A stretch of DNA of 64,000 nt from Ranitomeya imitator. Lineage: Eukaryota. Of the stretch, positions 22,617 to 33,959 are shown piece by piece (within the stretch, counting starts at the first letter, position 1; each line of letters begins with the position of its first letter). The notes beneath the pieces were generated by a model that was not told the origin of the DNA, searched no databases, and saw nothing but the letters and a program-made list of their open reading frames with translations. The stretch is from contig NC_091282.1 of assembly GCF_032444005.1 (NCBI RefSeq), positions 489,676,001 to 489,740,000 of the forward strand. The letters run 5' to 3'. The position numbers and the translations under genes were made by a program.

Positions 22617-23758
22617 GTGCATAACTGAACATTATTATTTGATGGTTTTTTTGTTTGTTATTAAAAAACACTTTTATTTGATTGGATGGGTGAAATATGC
22701 TAATTTATTGAGACAGGTTTTTTGGGTTATCAGGAGTTGTATGCCAAAATCATCAGTATTAAAACAATAAAAGACCTGACAAATTTCAGTTGGTGGATAA
22801 TGAATCTATAATATATGAAAGTTTAATTGTAATCATTACATTATGGTAAATAATGAAATTTAACACTATATGCTAATTTTTTGAGAAGGACCTGTATATA
22901 TATTTTTTTGACACATGGATCCCTTCTATAGCCGTATGTTGGTTTTGCAAGCCTGCGAGAAAAACACGCAGTACGGATGCCATACGGATTACATACGGAG
23001 GATGCCATGCGAAAAAAACGCTGACACACCCTGCCTACGGAGGAGCTACGGACCACTATTTTCGGGACTTTTCAGCGTATTACGGCCGTAATATACGGGC
23101 CGTATTGTCTTACGCTGTGTGTGACGCCGGCCTTAGGCCATATGTTAAGGCTGAGAAGGAAAAAGCTCTATTTGGCTTTTGGAGCACAGATTTTACAAGA
23201 ATAGTTTGCGGGTGACATTTGCAGAGACCTGAAGATGCCAAAGCAGCAGAAAAACTCCAAAAGTGATCACATTATAGAAATTGCACCTCTCACTTAATTC
23301 ATCTACAGCTGCAGTGACTTTTATAACATCCACGCTGTACTTTTTTTCTGAAGAATTGCAAATATGCCAGTTTAGTGCCCATACATTGTGCCCCCATACA
23401 GTGTAGAGCCCTCGTATATTGTAGCACCCTGTACATTGTGCCCAGCTTGTGCTTTTGCCGATACGCACCCCGTAAATTGTTACATGCTCTCTCCTGACAA
23501 CAATAATGCCAAACATGTGTCCGCTTACTGTAGCTTAGGCACAGTTGGGCATTTGGATTTTGGAGTGCAGAATTCACTGGATTTTATTTGAGGGGGGGGA
23601 ACCATGTTGCTTTTCCTTTATTCTACCAGTAACGTGTGAGCCCGATATAGTTCCAGTGACAGACGATGGACCTGACTGGGGCTGGTTTTGTGTGGAATAA
23701 ATTAGGGATTTTATTGATAACTTTTTGGGGTACATAATATTTTTTGAGAATAAGTTTA

Positions 23759-24152
23759 GGATCACATTCTTGTGTTCCACGGTGAGCACTTACTGTAACT
23801 TGAGGTTTCCGTGTAAATCCCACAAAAACGTGATTCAGACGGAACCATCGACTATAATGAGGCAGATGGAGACACTTTGGAGTCTGTTTGGCATCTGATC
23901 TGGTTGTATCCTTCTTTTTAGGAGTGCACAGATCTGTGTTTGACCATAATTGTGCGCTAAAAAGACGCTTCAAATTATGGGACACCGCCGAAACACAGAC
24001 CAGTCCAAGTTAAGTCCAAGTCTGCCTCATAAGTGAGTAGTTCCATCCAGGGTTTTTTGTCTGAACGGCGTTTTGGGGCAATTTACACGGAAACCTCGAC
24101 ATAAGCGCTCCACGGAGAGCGGGAGAGCGCTGGATAAATGTAAGCTGAGCCT
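23759..24152. mobile_element. Degenerate MITE with internal inverted repeats
   Basis: gaggtttccgtgtaaat (23802) is inverted relative to atttacacggaaacctc (about 24081-24097); TTA flanks. Confidence 0.4.
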
Positions 24153-24630
24153 TATTCAGATTTTTGGAAGGTAGAATGAACAAATGGACAGTAGTACAGT
24201 TGACATCCACGGGAATTGCGTTTGCCGTGAGAAGATATAGACTTATTCCTCAGCGCTAAGGAATAAGGCCCCTTAATGGCAACGGCAGAGAACGTTAAGG
24301 GTTTAAATACTGAATTAACCATATGTAAACACTAAATTTAATGTAAATACAACTGCTTTATTCATAAGGTATTAGCATTTGGCATCTTATAGATTTTTAC
24401 CGCGTCTTTGCTGCTGTCGTCTTTCTTTTTAAATTTTAGATATAAAATAGGGGCTACTTCCAAGCAAAAGCCACCTGAAGAACGGTAAGGCTGCTTCTTT
24501 TGGCCACTTCATGACTTTTGAAGCCTGAAGCGATTGAAAGAAGTTGCAAAAGACTGAACCTGTGCAAAGGAAGTCATTTTGATCATTGCAGTGCATATAA
24601 AACAAAAAAACACAGGTAGCACAACTGTTA

Positions 24631-25097
24631 GGCCGGGGTCACACTAGCGTATTGCATCCGATGCGAGAGCATCGGATGCAATATGCTAATGACACTCGGC
24701 TCCTGCTCGCAGCAGAGCAGGAGCCGAGTGTCATGCGTCTGTGCTCCGATTCTCTCGCACAGGGAGGATCGGAGCACAGCTGCGTAGGAGGCGGAGAAAT
24801 GACTTTCTCCATCTCCTCCATTGCTGGGGTCCGCTTATAGCGCACATCACTGGGATGATGTCCGAGTGGTGTGTGCTGTCTCACTCGCACCCATAGGCTT
24901 ACATGGGTGCGAGTGAGCCGAGAGTTTTCCTCGGTCAGAGACAATCGCAGCATGCTGCGATTGTCTCGGACCGAGGAAAACGGCTGACAAAAAGTCGGCT
25001 GGTGGGAGCGGCCCCATATGGTAACATTGGTCCGAGTGCAATGCGATTTTTTATCGCATTGCACTCGGCCGTATTACGGTCTAGTGTGACCCCGGCC
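24631..25097. mobile_element. Harbinger-type MITE (467 bp), TTA target duplication
   Basis: tta|ggccggggtcacactag ... ctagtgtgaccccggcc|tta. Confidence 0.9.
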
Positions 25098-25106
25098 TTA
25101 GTTTAA

Positions 25107-25434
25107 ATGAACTCTGTCACCTGAATTTGGAGGGAACAATCTTCAGCCATAGGGGAGGGGTTTTCGAGTGTTTGATTCACCCTTTCCTTACCAGCTGGCT
25201 GCGTGCTGGCTGCAATATTGTATTGAAGTTCATTCTCTGTCCTCCATAGTACACGCCTGTGGAAGGCAAGATTGCCTTGCGCAGGCGTGTACTACGGAGG
25301 ACAGAGAATGAACTTCAGTCCAATATTGCAGCCAGCATGCAGCCAGCGGGTAAGGAAAGGGTGAATCAGACACCCAAAAACCCTGCCCCTATGGCTGAAG
25401 ATTGTTCCCTCCAAATTCAGGTGACAGAGTCCCT
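25107..25434. mobile_element. T2/Kolobok-type MITE with long TIRs at a TTAA-like site
   Basis: actctgtcacctgaatttggagggaacaatcttcagccatagggg is inverted at 25386-25430. Confidence 0.75.
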
Positions 25435-26883
25435 TTATGTGTAATGTGTAGGTGCATCCTGGGGCCTTTAACAGACAAATATTACCTCAAAGTAAATAAG
25501 TAGTAAGGCTGGTTTTACATATGTTTCAGGAGGGCCGTGGATGGCTGTGTACTTCCACCGTGAAGCTCCGCCTACACAAAAGTACCCTATGTTTTTCATA
25601 TGTTACTATTTATTTACGTGTTGCAGTGTATCTACATATTTTTATTCTAGGTAGTATACTGCAGTGCCAATATTAATTTTTAATGCTTTTTTAGCACATT
25701 TTCAGGTGGAATCCACCTGAAAAAGACACCATATACACATACCCATTGGTGTAAATCACCAACAATCAGATGCTAGTGCAGCGCCCCAGGGTCCTGGTCA
25801 TTGCAGTAATGTAATTTTCCTCTAGGGGAGAGTGATATTACGTTTGGACGTAAAGAAGGACAACTGCATCCAGGCATCACAAACATGCAACACATTTCAC
25901 ACTCCAGGCCACCAGGGGAAGCTCTGCTCCTATTTATTAGGTCACTCCCCACACTTAGGTAAAAACTGGTTGTCTGGAGGGATAGTTAGTTGCTGGCTGA
26001 GCTTCGCTCAGATAGTTGGTCCCTGACAGGGGTGGGATCCTGTCAGAGATCGAGGAAGAAGGACACGGAGCTGTGCATGCCCTGAGAGCTGCAGCTTCTA
26101 GAAAGAGGCACTGAAGGAGAACTGTATTGCAGAGAGGGTGAAAGAAGTCGTAGATAAAGAGTGGATACCGAAGGGGGATCAGTCCTACACAGGCTGCCTC
26201 CTTCTGAGGCGCAAGATCCCGGTAGCCGGAACACCGAGGGAGCAACGATCCTTTATGACTGTCAGGACAGCTAATTTCACGTTACTTGCCCGTCCTACAC
26301 CCAGGAGGCAAGGTGGCACCCCTTAGAGGCTGGGGCATGATAGAGTCCCTGTAAAACGCCTCAAGCCACCGGTCATACGGTTTTGTCCTATCCTATCCGG
26401 GGGACAGAGAGAGAGACATAACATCTATAACATCTCTGAGGACCTTATGAGAAGCTTAGCATTAAGGGACTACAACACTGCAGCGCTAGAGGAAGGCTAC
26501 GGATCTCCACCTGGACAAGGGGTCTCTGGACTTGCCTCCAAACCGGCTGGACTCTGTCTGCCCTGAGATCCGGTGCTCTGGACTGTGGATGCTGAAGTCT
26601 TCAGTAAAGGTAAAGAGACTGCAACCTTGTGTCCTCGTTCTTCACTGCGCTTCTCACCATCCACCATCTGCACACTGGGAAGCCCTGGGGACATACTTCA
26701 CCTGTGGGAAGGTATACCATCTAGCTGCCATAACATCACCCCAGCAGACCCCTTAAAGCGGCATTGGTCACCCTGACTTAATACCACAGGTGGCGTCACG
26801 AACATTTCCCTTAACCCCTTCCTGACATGCGCCGTACTAGTACTGCGCTGTGGGAACTGTGTTCCCGCAAACCGCAGTACTAG

Positions 26884-27555
26884 GAAAATAGTATTGAAGC
26901 GAGCATATTAAATAGATAGTATAAATTGACAGTGTGTCAACCCAAATTGTAAATATGCATCAAGGATGTATAGGGATCAGCTGCCAAACATGTATAGAGA
27001 AGAAAAAAAGGAATCTAAACAGCCATAGAATCCCATAAAAGATAAAATTTTATTAGATAACATTAAAACCTCCAGACATATCAGCATAATTTACATACCC
27101 AGCATGTGCAGGACAGACAGGATAGAGGGGCGATCGGACCCGACCCCGACGCGCGTTTCGGAGCAGGCAGCTCCTTCATCATGGGGGTCACCCGCTGCAT
27201 ATGCTGGGTATGTAAATTATGCTGATATGATATGATATCTAATGTTCCCTATACGGTGGCATTGTCTATCCTGTATGTATTGGGTATGTAAATCAAGTTG
27301 TTATGATATCTTATGTTCCCCATATGGTGGCACTGTTCCATTACATTTGTTACAGTAATTATGGGTACTTCTTATAATGCATCCGAGCATTGTACGTAGT
27401 CAGGTTGTGGGTTAGTGCTTTGGCCCGTCAGTTATGGCCGTTTTTAATCCCCTGTGCTATGTTTCTGTATCTTATCTGGTGGTTTTAATGTTATCTAATA
27501 AAATTTTATCTTTTATGGGATTCTATGGCTGTTTAGATTCCTTTTTTTCTTCTCT
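26884..27555. mobile_element. Short inverted Penelope-like terminal fragment with a 15-bp target duplication
   Basis: TSD aaaccgcagtactag (26869-83) / aaactgcagtactag (27556-70); 26995-27070 inverted at 27480-27555 and 27080-27111 inverted at 27195-27226; contains a hammerhead-like motif and AATAAA. Confidence 0.65.
27142..27189 (-). ncRNA. Degenerate minimal hammerhead ribozyme
   Basis: GACCCC-C(A)UGAUGA-A-GGAGC(UGCCU)GCUCC-GAAA-CGCGC-GUC/GGGGUC; the core deviates from CUGAUGA. Confidence 0.5.
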
Positions 27556-28963
27556 AAACTGCAGTACTAGAACGGCGCTGCTATTTCCGGTCACCGCGCT
27601 GCATTGCGAGGTGACCGGGTGAGGACGGCTGCTGTGTCTAACAGCAGGCCATCCTGGCACGTCACCACGAGGGGCAGATCCGCCCCCCCGCGTCGGCGAT
27701 CGCTGTGATTGGCTGGTGAACTCTCACCAGCCAATCACAGCAAAGCTGACAATAAAGTTGTTAAAAAAAAGCATGTGACAGGCTGTGATTGGTGCTGTGT
27801 GACGTCGCACCAATCACAGCCGTCACAGGTGGGGTGATCGCCACGTCACCTCACCTGATTAACCCCTATGGCGCTGATTGGCTGAACAATAGCTTCTAGC
27901 CAATCTGCGCAAAAGGGGTTAATTTAAAATACCGATCACCGCCCTGCACGCCATCTTTCTCTCAGATTTGGCGTGCAGAGCGGTTGTCTAAGCCCCTCTG
28001 TCTGACCTGAGTGAAGGAATCCATTGGTGGCCAGTGTGATCAACCCGGCGATCTCCTGCCCTCCTGTGCTGTGCTGATTTCCTGCTCCAGCTTCGTTGTC
28101 TGTGCTCTCTGCTGCCATCTGCCTGGTGTGTGAGGCCTGTGATCACAGCAGCAGCAGCACCTCCCCCACCCCTTTCCCATCCCCCCATCCCTGTTCCAGT
28201 ACCCCTTCCCCCTCCCTCTCCTCTCTCCAATTGATTTTTTGCGCACTTTTTTTGCACTTTTTTTCCTGTGCACGGCGTCCCGCGCAGAGCATTCGTGCTC
28301 TTCCTGTGTCCGCAGCACTTTGATCAGTATCCCTGCTGATCAGAGACTGCGCCACGGTAATTTTTCTTTTTTAGCTAGTTAGTGTAGCGGACTTCGCAGT
28401 ATAAGCGACGTCCAAGTTTTTTTAGAAAAAAATAATAGTAGTTACAGCATAGTTTTAGATATAGCAAGGTAGCGTAGCCGGCGTCACATCGTTAGTGACG
28501 ACTGATCTTCTTTTAGAGAAAAAAAAATTGTACAGCGTAGTTTTAGTGGTAGCGTGTTAGTACAGCCGGCGTCACAGCATTAGTGACGACCGATCTTGTT
28601 TTAGAAAAAATAAAGTACAGAGTAGTTTTATAGGTAGGGAGGTAGCTTTTTTTTCTTGCATAAAAAGTGCTTTAGGGGAGCGTACGTCACATTGTTGGTG
28701 ACGCCCGTTTTTCTTCTGTAAAAAAGAATTTTCGTCAGATAAATTTATAGGGAGGGCATTAGTGTAGTGAACGTCTGTTTTTTTATACAAACTTTTTTAA
28801 AAATCTGATTTTTCTTCACATTTTTTCTTTTACATTTTACCTCTTTACTTCTTTTTTCTTTGTTTTGTTATAATAAAGAGTACCCTATACACAAGCCCCA
28901 CACATTACACGTGTAAAAGCACCACTTACATACACATCCCCGGGGTTTGGAAAAAAAATAAAA

Positions 28964-30613
28964 ATGGCCCATTCGTCAACAAGGCGCTATTCACCAGAGG
29001 AGGCTTACGCCATCTTTCCGTCCGACACGGATACAGCCAGTGAGGAAGATCCCACATTCCTCTGTTCTTCCTCCTCCTCCTCATCTGGTGAGGAAGGACC
29101 CCCAACAAGGCGCCCTAGGACCCAGGCATCTCAAGAAGCAATCGATCCCGTATGGATTGCACCCCCCGAAAATTTTCAGCCCGTCATTTCGGATTTCAGC
29201 AGCAGCTCAGGAATCCAGTTTGACACCACTGGCCTCACTGAAATTGACTTCTTCAAATTCTTTTTCTGTGAGGAAATAATAAATCTTATGGTGGCCCAGA
29301 CGAACCTGTATGCCCAGCAATTTTTCACCCAAAATCCCACGTCATCATACGCCAGATGGACCCCCGTAAATGCAGCAGAGATGATAACATTTTGGGGAAT
29401 TGTGCTGGATATGGGCATAATAAAAAAACAGAGATTCTTCAGTACTGGCGTACTGATATTCTCTACAGTACACTGGTATTCCGCATGGCCATGACAAGGA
29501 CACGATTTGAAGGGATCCAAAGATTTTTGCATTATAGTGATAATACGCAGTGTCCTCCCCGAGATGATCCTTACTTTGATCGTCTATATAAAATTCGGCC
29601 AGTGGTTGAACACTTCAGCAGAAAATTTGCTGAGGCGTACATACCCCAGAGGGACATCGCTATTGATGAATCTCTCGTTCATTTCAAATGGAAGCTAAAA
29701 TTCCGACAATACCTGCCCAGTAAGAGGTCCAGGTACGGAATAAAGCTGTACAAACTGTGCGAGAGTACTTCAGGGTACACCCACAGATTTAGGGTCTACG
29801 AGGGGAAGGACACCCAAATAAACCCCCCTGAATGCCCCTCTGTCCTGGGGGTGAGTGGGAAAATTATGTGGGAATTGCTGCACTCACTGCTGGATAAGGG
29901 TTATCACCTCTACATTGACAACTTTTACACCAGCATCCCACTCTTAAAGGCCCTTTCTGCCAGAGGTACAGTTGCATGTGGCACCGTGCGAAAAAATCAG
30001 CGAGGCCTCCCTAAGCCGCTAATTGGGAAAATGCTGAGAAAAGGGGAAAGCTGAGCCCAATGCAGCGACAACATGCTGGTGGTCAAGTATAAGGACAAAA
30101 GGGATGTCCTTATCCTGACCACCATACACAGTGACAACAGCACCCTTGTCACTGTTCGTGGGACCACAGCACAAGTCCGAAAGCCAGATTGTATCTTGGA
30201 TTACAATCGGTACATGGGGGGTGTGGATCTTTTAGATCCTCCAACCATACAGTGCCATGCGAAAATCCAAAGTATGGTACAAAAAATTAGCTGTGCACAT
30301 TGTACAGATAGCACTGTACAATGCTTTTGTGCTGTCCCGATCTGCAGGCAATACGGGGACCTTCCTTCAGTTTCAGGAGGAAGTCATCAAGGCCCTAATG
30401 TTTGGCACTCGGGGAGGTGAGTGCCCCAGTACTTCTGAATCTGATAATACCCGTATTGTCCCAGGTCAACACTTCCCAGGACAAGTTCCCCAAACAGCGA
30501 GGACAGGACGATCACAAAAACGGTGCAGAGTATGTTCCAAGAGGGAATCCGAAAGGACACAATTTACCATTGTGAAGGATTGTTTCAAAGTGTACCACAC
30601 GTCCACAAATTAA
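28964..30613 (+). pseudogene. piggyBac (PGBD4-like) transposase, broken by frameshifts and a stop
   Basis: Motifs EEIINLMVAQTNLYAQQ, MTRTRFEGIQRFLHY, IAIDESLV, YLPSKRSRYGIKLYKLC, LYIDNFYTS, YMGGVDLLD, WYKKLA and a truncated Cys-rich RCRVC tail, spread over four ORFs. Confidence 0.92.
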
Positions 30614-30690
30614 TAAAATTAGTTTATACCCTGTTGACACAACACACTTTTATAAATCTGATGTAGCCCGCACATCTTACATATAACACC

Positions 30691-31502
30691 TGTTGTGAAT
30701 TCCGCTCTTGGGCTCCCTCTGGTGGTTGTAAGTAGCATTTTTGTGAGTTCTGCTCTTGGGCTCCCTCCTGTGGTTTTGAGTGGTATAGCTGCTTCTTGGA
30801 TTTAGCTTCAGCAGCTGTTTTCACTGATCTTCTTTCTGGCTCGGCTATATTAATCTGGCCTTATCCCTCATTCTATGCCAGTTTTCAATTGTTCCTGCCT
30901 GGAGTCATTGCTCTTAGGATTTTCCTGACACTCTGACCAGTTCAGCAAAAGCTAAGTCCTTGCTTGTCCTTTTGTAGTTCACTTGTTGTGGACTTTGTTG
31001 TTCAGCACTTTCTATGTTTTGTCCATTTGTCCAGCTTATCAGTATGGATCTATTCAGCTAGGCTGGAAGCTCTGGGCAGCAGAGTTTGCCCTCCACACCT
31101 TTACTCAGGTGTGGAGATTTTTGCATTCCTCTGCGTTGGACTTTTTCTAGTTTTTATTACTGACCGCACAGCGTTCTGTCCTGTACTATTTCTATCTAGC
31201 TAGAAGTGGCCTCCTGTGCTTAATCTTGTTTCATATTACGTATGTCATTTCCTTCTCCTCTCACAGTCATTACTTGTGGGGGGCTAATCTATCCTTTGGG
31301 TATTTTCTCTGAGGCAAGATAGTTTTCCTGCTTCTATGTTTAGGGGTAGTTAGCTCTTAGGCTGTGACGAGATGCCTAGGCAGAGTTAGGAGCATTCCAT
31401 GGCTACTTCTAGTGTTGTGTCGAGCTTAGGGACTACGGTCAGTATAGTTACCACCTGCTCAGAGCTAGTCGCATGTCGCTCCTTAATCACCAGACCATAA
31501 CA
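30691..31502 (+). mobile_element. Solo LTR (812 bp, TGTT...AACA), 6-bp target duplication
   Basis: aacacc|tgttgtgaat ... cataaca|aacacc. Confidence 0.85.
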
Positions 31503-31595
31503 AACACCACATTATAAATTCATACACCAGTAAAACAAAAAGCATTATAATCAATACTATAAAACTATGCATCTAGACAAATTCATACAGGGGTG

Positions 31596-33060
31596 TAGAT
31601 TCCAAAATGGGGGTCACTTGTGAGGGGTTTCCACTGTTTAGGCACATCAGGGGCTCTGCAAATGCAACATGATGCCTGCAGACCATTCCAGCAAAATCTG
31701 CAATCCAAAACGTGACTCCTTCCATTCTGAGCCCTGCTGTGCGCACAAACAGTGGTTTTACCCCACATTTGGGGTATCAACGTATTCAGGAGAAAATGTG
31801 CAACAACTTTAGTGGTTTATTTTTACCCATTACCTTTGTGAAAATAAAAAATTGGGGCTAAAAGATAATTTTTCTGTCAAAAATGTGATTTTTTTTCATG
31901 GCTCTACGTTATAAACTTCTGTGAAACACCTGGGGATTCAAAGTGCTCACCACACAGCTACATAAGTTCGTTAACGGGTCTAGTTTCCAAAATGGGGTCA
32001 CTTGTGGGGGTTTTCCCAATGTTTAGGCACATCAGGGGCTCTGCAAATGCAACATGATGCCCGCAGACCATTCCATCAAAGTCTGCAATCCAAAACGGCA
32101 CTCCTTCCATTCTGAGCCCTATCGTGCGCACAAACAGTTGTTTTCCCCCACATATGGGGAATCGGCGTATTCAGGAGTAAATGTGCAACAACTATAGTGG
32201 TTAATTTTTTCCTGTTACCTTTGTGAAAATAAAAAAATTGGGGCTAAAAATCATTTTTGTGGAAAAAATTAGATTTTTTTTCACGGTTATAAGTTATAAA
32301 CTACTGTGAAGCACCTTGGGGTTCAAAGTGCTCACCACACAGGTACATAAGTTCGTTAAAGGGTCTAGTTTCCAAAATGGTGTCAATTGTGGGTGTTTTC
32401 CAATGTTTAGGCACATCAGGGGCTCTTCAAACGCAACATGGCGTCCACTCTCAATTTCAGCCAATTTTGCGTTCAAAAAATCAAAAGGCGCTCCTTCCCT
32501 TCCGAGCCATGCTGTGTGCCCAAACAGTGGTTTTCCCCCACATATGGGGTATTGGCATATTCAGGAGAAATTGCTCAACAATGTTAGTGGATCATTTTCT
32601 CCTTTTACACTTGTGAAAATAAAAAAATCATTGCTATAAGATCATTTTTGTGGAAAAAAATGTGATTTTTTTTCACAGCACTACGTTATAAACTTCTGTG
32701 AAGCACCTGGGGGTTCAAAGTGCTCACCACACAGCTACATAAGTTTGTTAAAGGTTCTAATTTCCAAAATGGGGTCACTTGTGGGGGTTTTCCAATGTTT
32801 AGGCACATCAGGGGCTCTTCAAACACAACATGGCGTCCACTCTTAATTCCAGCCAATTTTGCGTTCAAAAAGTCAAAATGCGCTCCTTCCCTTCCGAGCC
32901 CTGCTGTGCGCCCAAACAGTGGTTTTCCCCCATATATGGGGTATCAGTGTATTCAGGAGAATTTGCTCAACAATGTTAGTGGACCATTTGCTCCTTTTAC
33001 CCTTGTGAAAATAAACTAATTGATGCCGAATGGTCATTTTTGTGACTAACAAGTTAAATG
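31596..33060. repeat. About 385-bp tandem repeat, 4 copies, in the piggyBac 3' subterminal region
   Basis: Anchor ccaaaatgg...tttaggcacatcaggggctct at 31602, 31987, 32372 and 32764. Confidence 0.9.
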
Positions 33061-33959
33061 TTCATTTTTTCCTTCCACATTGCTTCAGCTCCTGTGAAGC
33101 ACCCGAAGGGTTAATAAACTTCTTGAATGTGGTTCTGAGTACCTTGAGGAGTGCAGTTTTTGGAATGGCATCACTTTTGGGTATTTTCTGTTATATAGAC
33201 CCCTCAAAGTAACTACAAGTATGAGGTGGTCCCTAAAAAAAAATGGTTTCCTACATTTTATTGAAAAAATGAAAAATTGCAGGTCATATTTTAACCCTTA
33301 TAACTTCCTGACCAAAAATTATTTTGGTTCCAAAATTGTGATGTATAGTACACATGTGGGAAATGTTATTTATGAACTAATTTTTGTGACATATCTCTCT
33401 GATTTAAGGGCATAAAAATTCAAAGTTCAAAAATTGCAAAATTTTCAAAATGTTCACCAAATTTCTGTTTTTTTCACAAATAAACCCAAGTAAAATCGAA
33501 GAAATTTTACAACTATCATAAAGTATAATATGTCACGAGAAAACATTCTCAGAATGACCAGGATCCGTTGAAGCGTTTCAGAGTTACGACCACATAAAGT
33601 GACAGTGGTCAGAATTGAAAAAAATAGCCTGGTCAGGAAGTTGAAAACAGGCTTTGGGGTGAAGGGGTTAAAGACCTTTCCCTTGTAAACGGATGTCCCA
33701 GGGCTATGGACCAGGTCAGCCACCGTGACATCCCCCTGTGAACCGAAGGACCCGGTACCGAGTACCCTGCTGCCCTTGGGGGCGATCCACTATGCAGATC
33801 ACAAACTTTTGAAGTCTACTCTGGGAAAGGTAATCATAAATTTATTTTTTTATTATTGAAGGGATATTAAAACTTTAAATACAAACATATTTGCATAAAG
33901 CCACTTCAAACAAAAAAAATTACAACCATTTTTTTTACACCCATTCTCTTGTATCCGAG

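Larger units (their letters stand above)
12585..22894 (+). mobile_element. Tc1-family IR/DR transposon with 200-bp TIRs, split by the Harbinger insertion
   Basis: TIRs at 12585-12784 and 22695-22894 (caggtccttctcaaaaaattagcatat...), TA flanks, aaattagcatat direct repeat at both ends of each TIR. Confidence 0.93.
9475..23132. mobile_element. Non-autonomous Harbinger-type TIR element (about 1.7 kb of its own sequence) that hosts the nested insertions
   Basis: TIR ggccggcatcacac (9475) / gtgtgacgccggcc (ends 23132), TAA/TTA flanks, shared subterminal tacggccgta/aatacgg motifs. Own sequence lies at 9475-9859, 11512-12584 and 22895-23132. Confidence 0.75.
26815..33667 (+). mobile_element. piggyBac transposon, decayed, TTAA target duplication
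   Basis: ttaa|ccccttcctgac ... aagggg|ttaa (TTAA at 26811-14 and 33668-71); carries transposase remnants. Confidence 0.8.
25777..33789 (+). mobile_element. Solo LTR (tgcagcgcccc...ggggcgatcca) split by the piggyBac insertion: parts 25777-26814 and 33672-33789
   Basis: Inverted termini tgcagcgcccc/ggggcgatcca; flanks ctag/ctat; the 3' end matches the fragment at 45190-45260. Confidence 0.65.

Noticed and set aside
31596-33060. Regularly spaced repeats as a CRISPR-like array
   Set aside because: Eukaryotic context; units are about 385 bp and homologous along their whole length with no unique spacers.
24440-33829. Possible plus-strand exons (24440-24484, 25530 onward, and 25724-25776 continuing at 33790-33829 across the solo LTR)
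   Set aside because: Splice-like sites exist, but the phases do not join into an open frame and the peptides are unrecognisable; possibly non-coding or chance.
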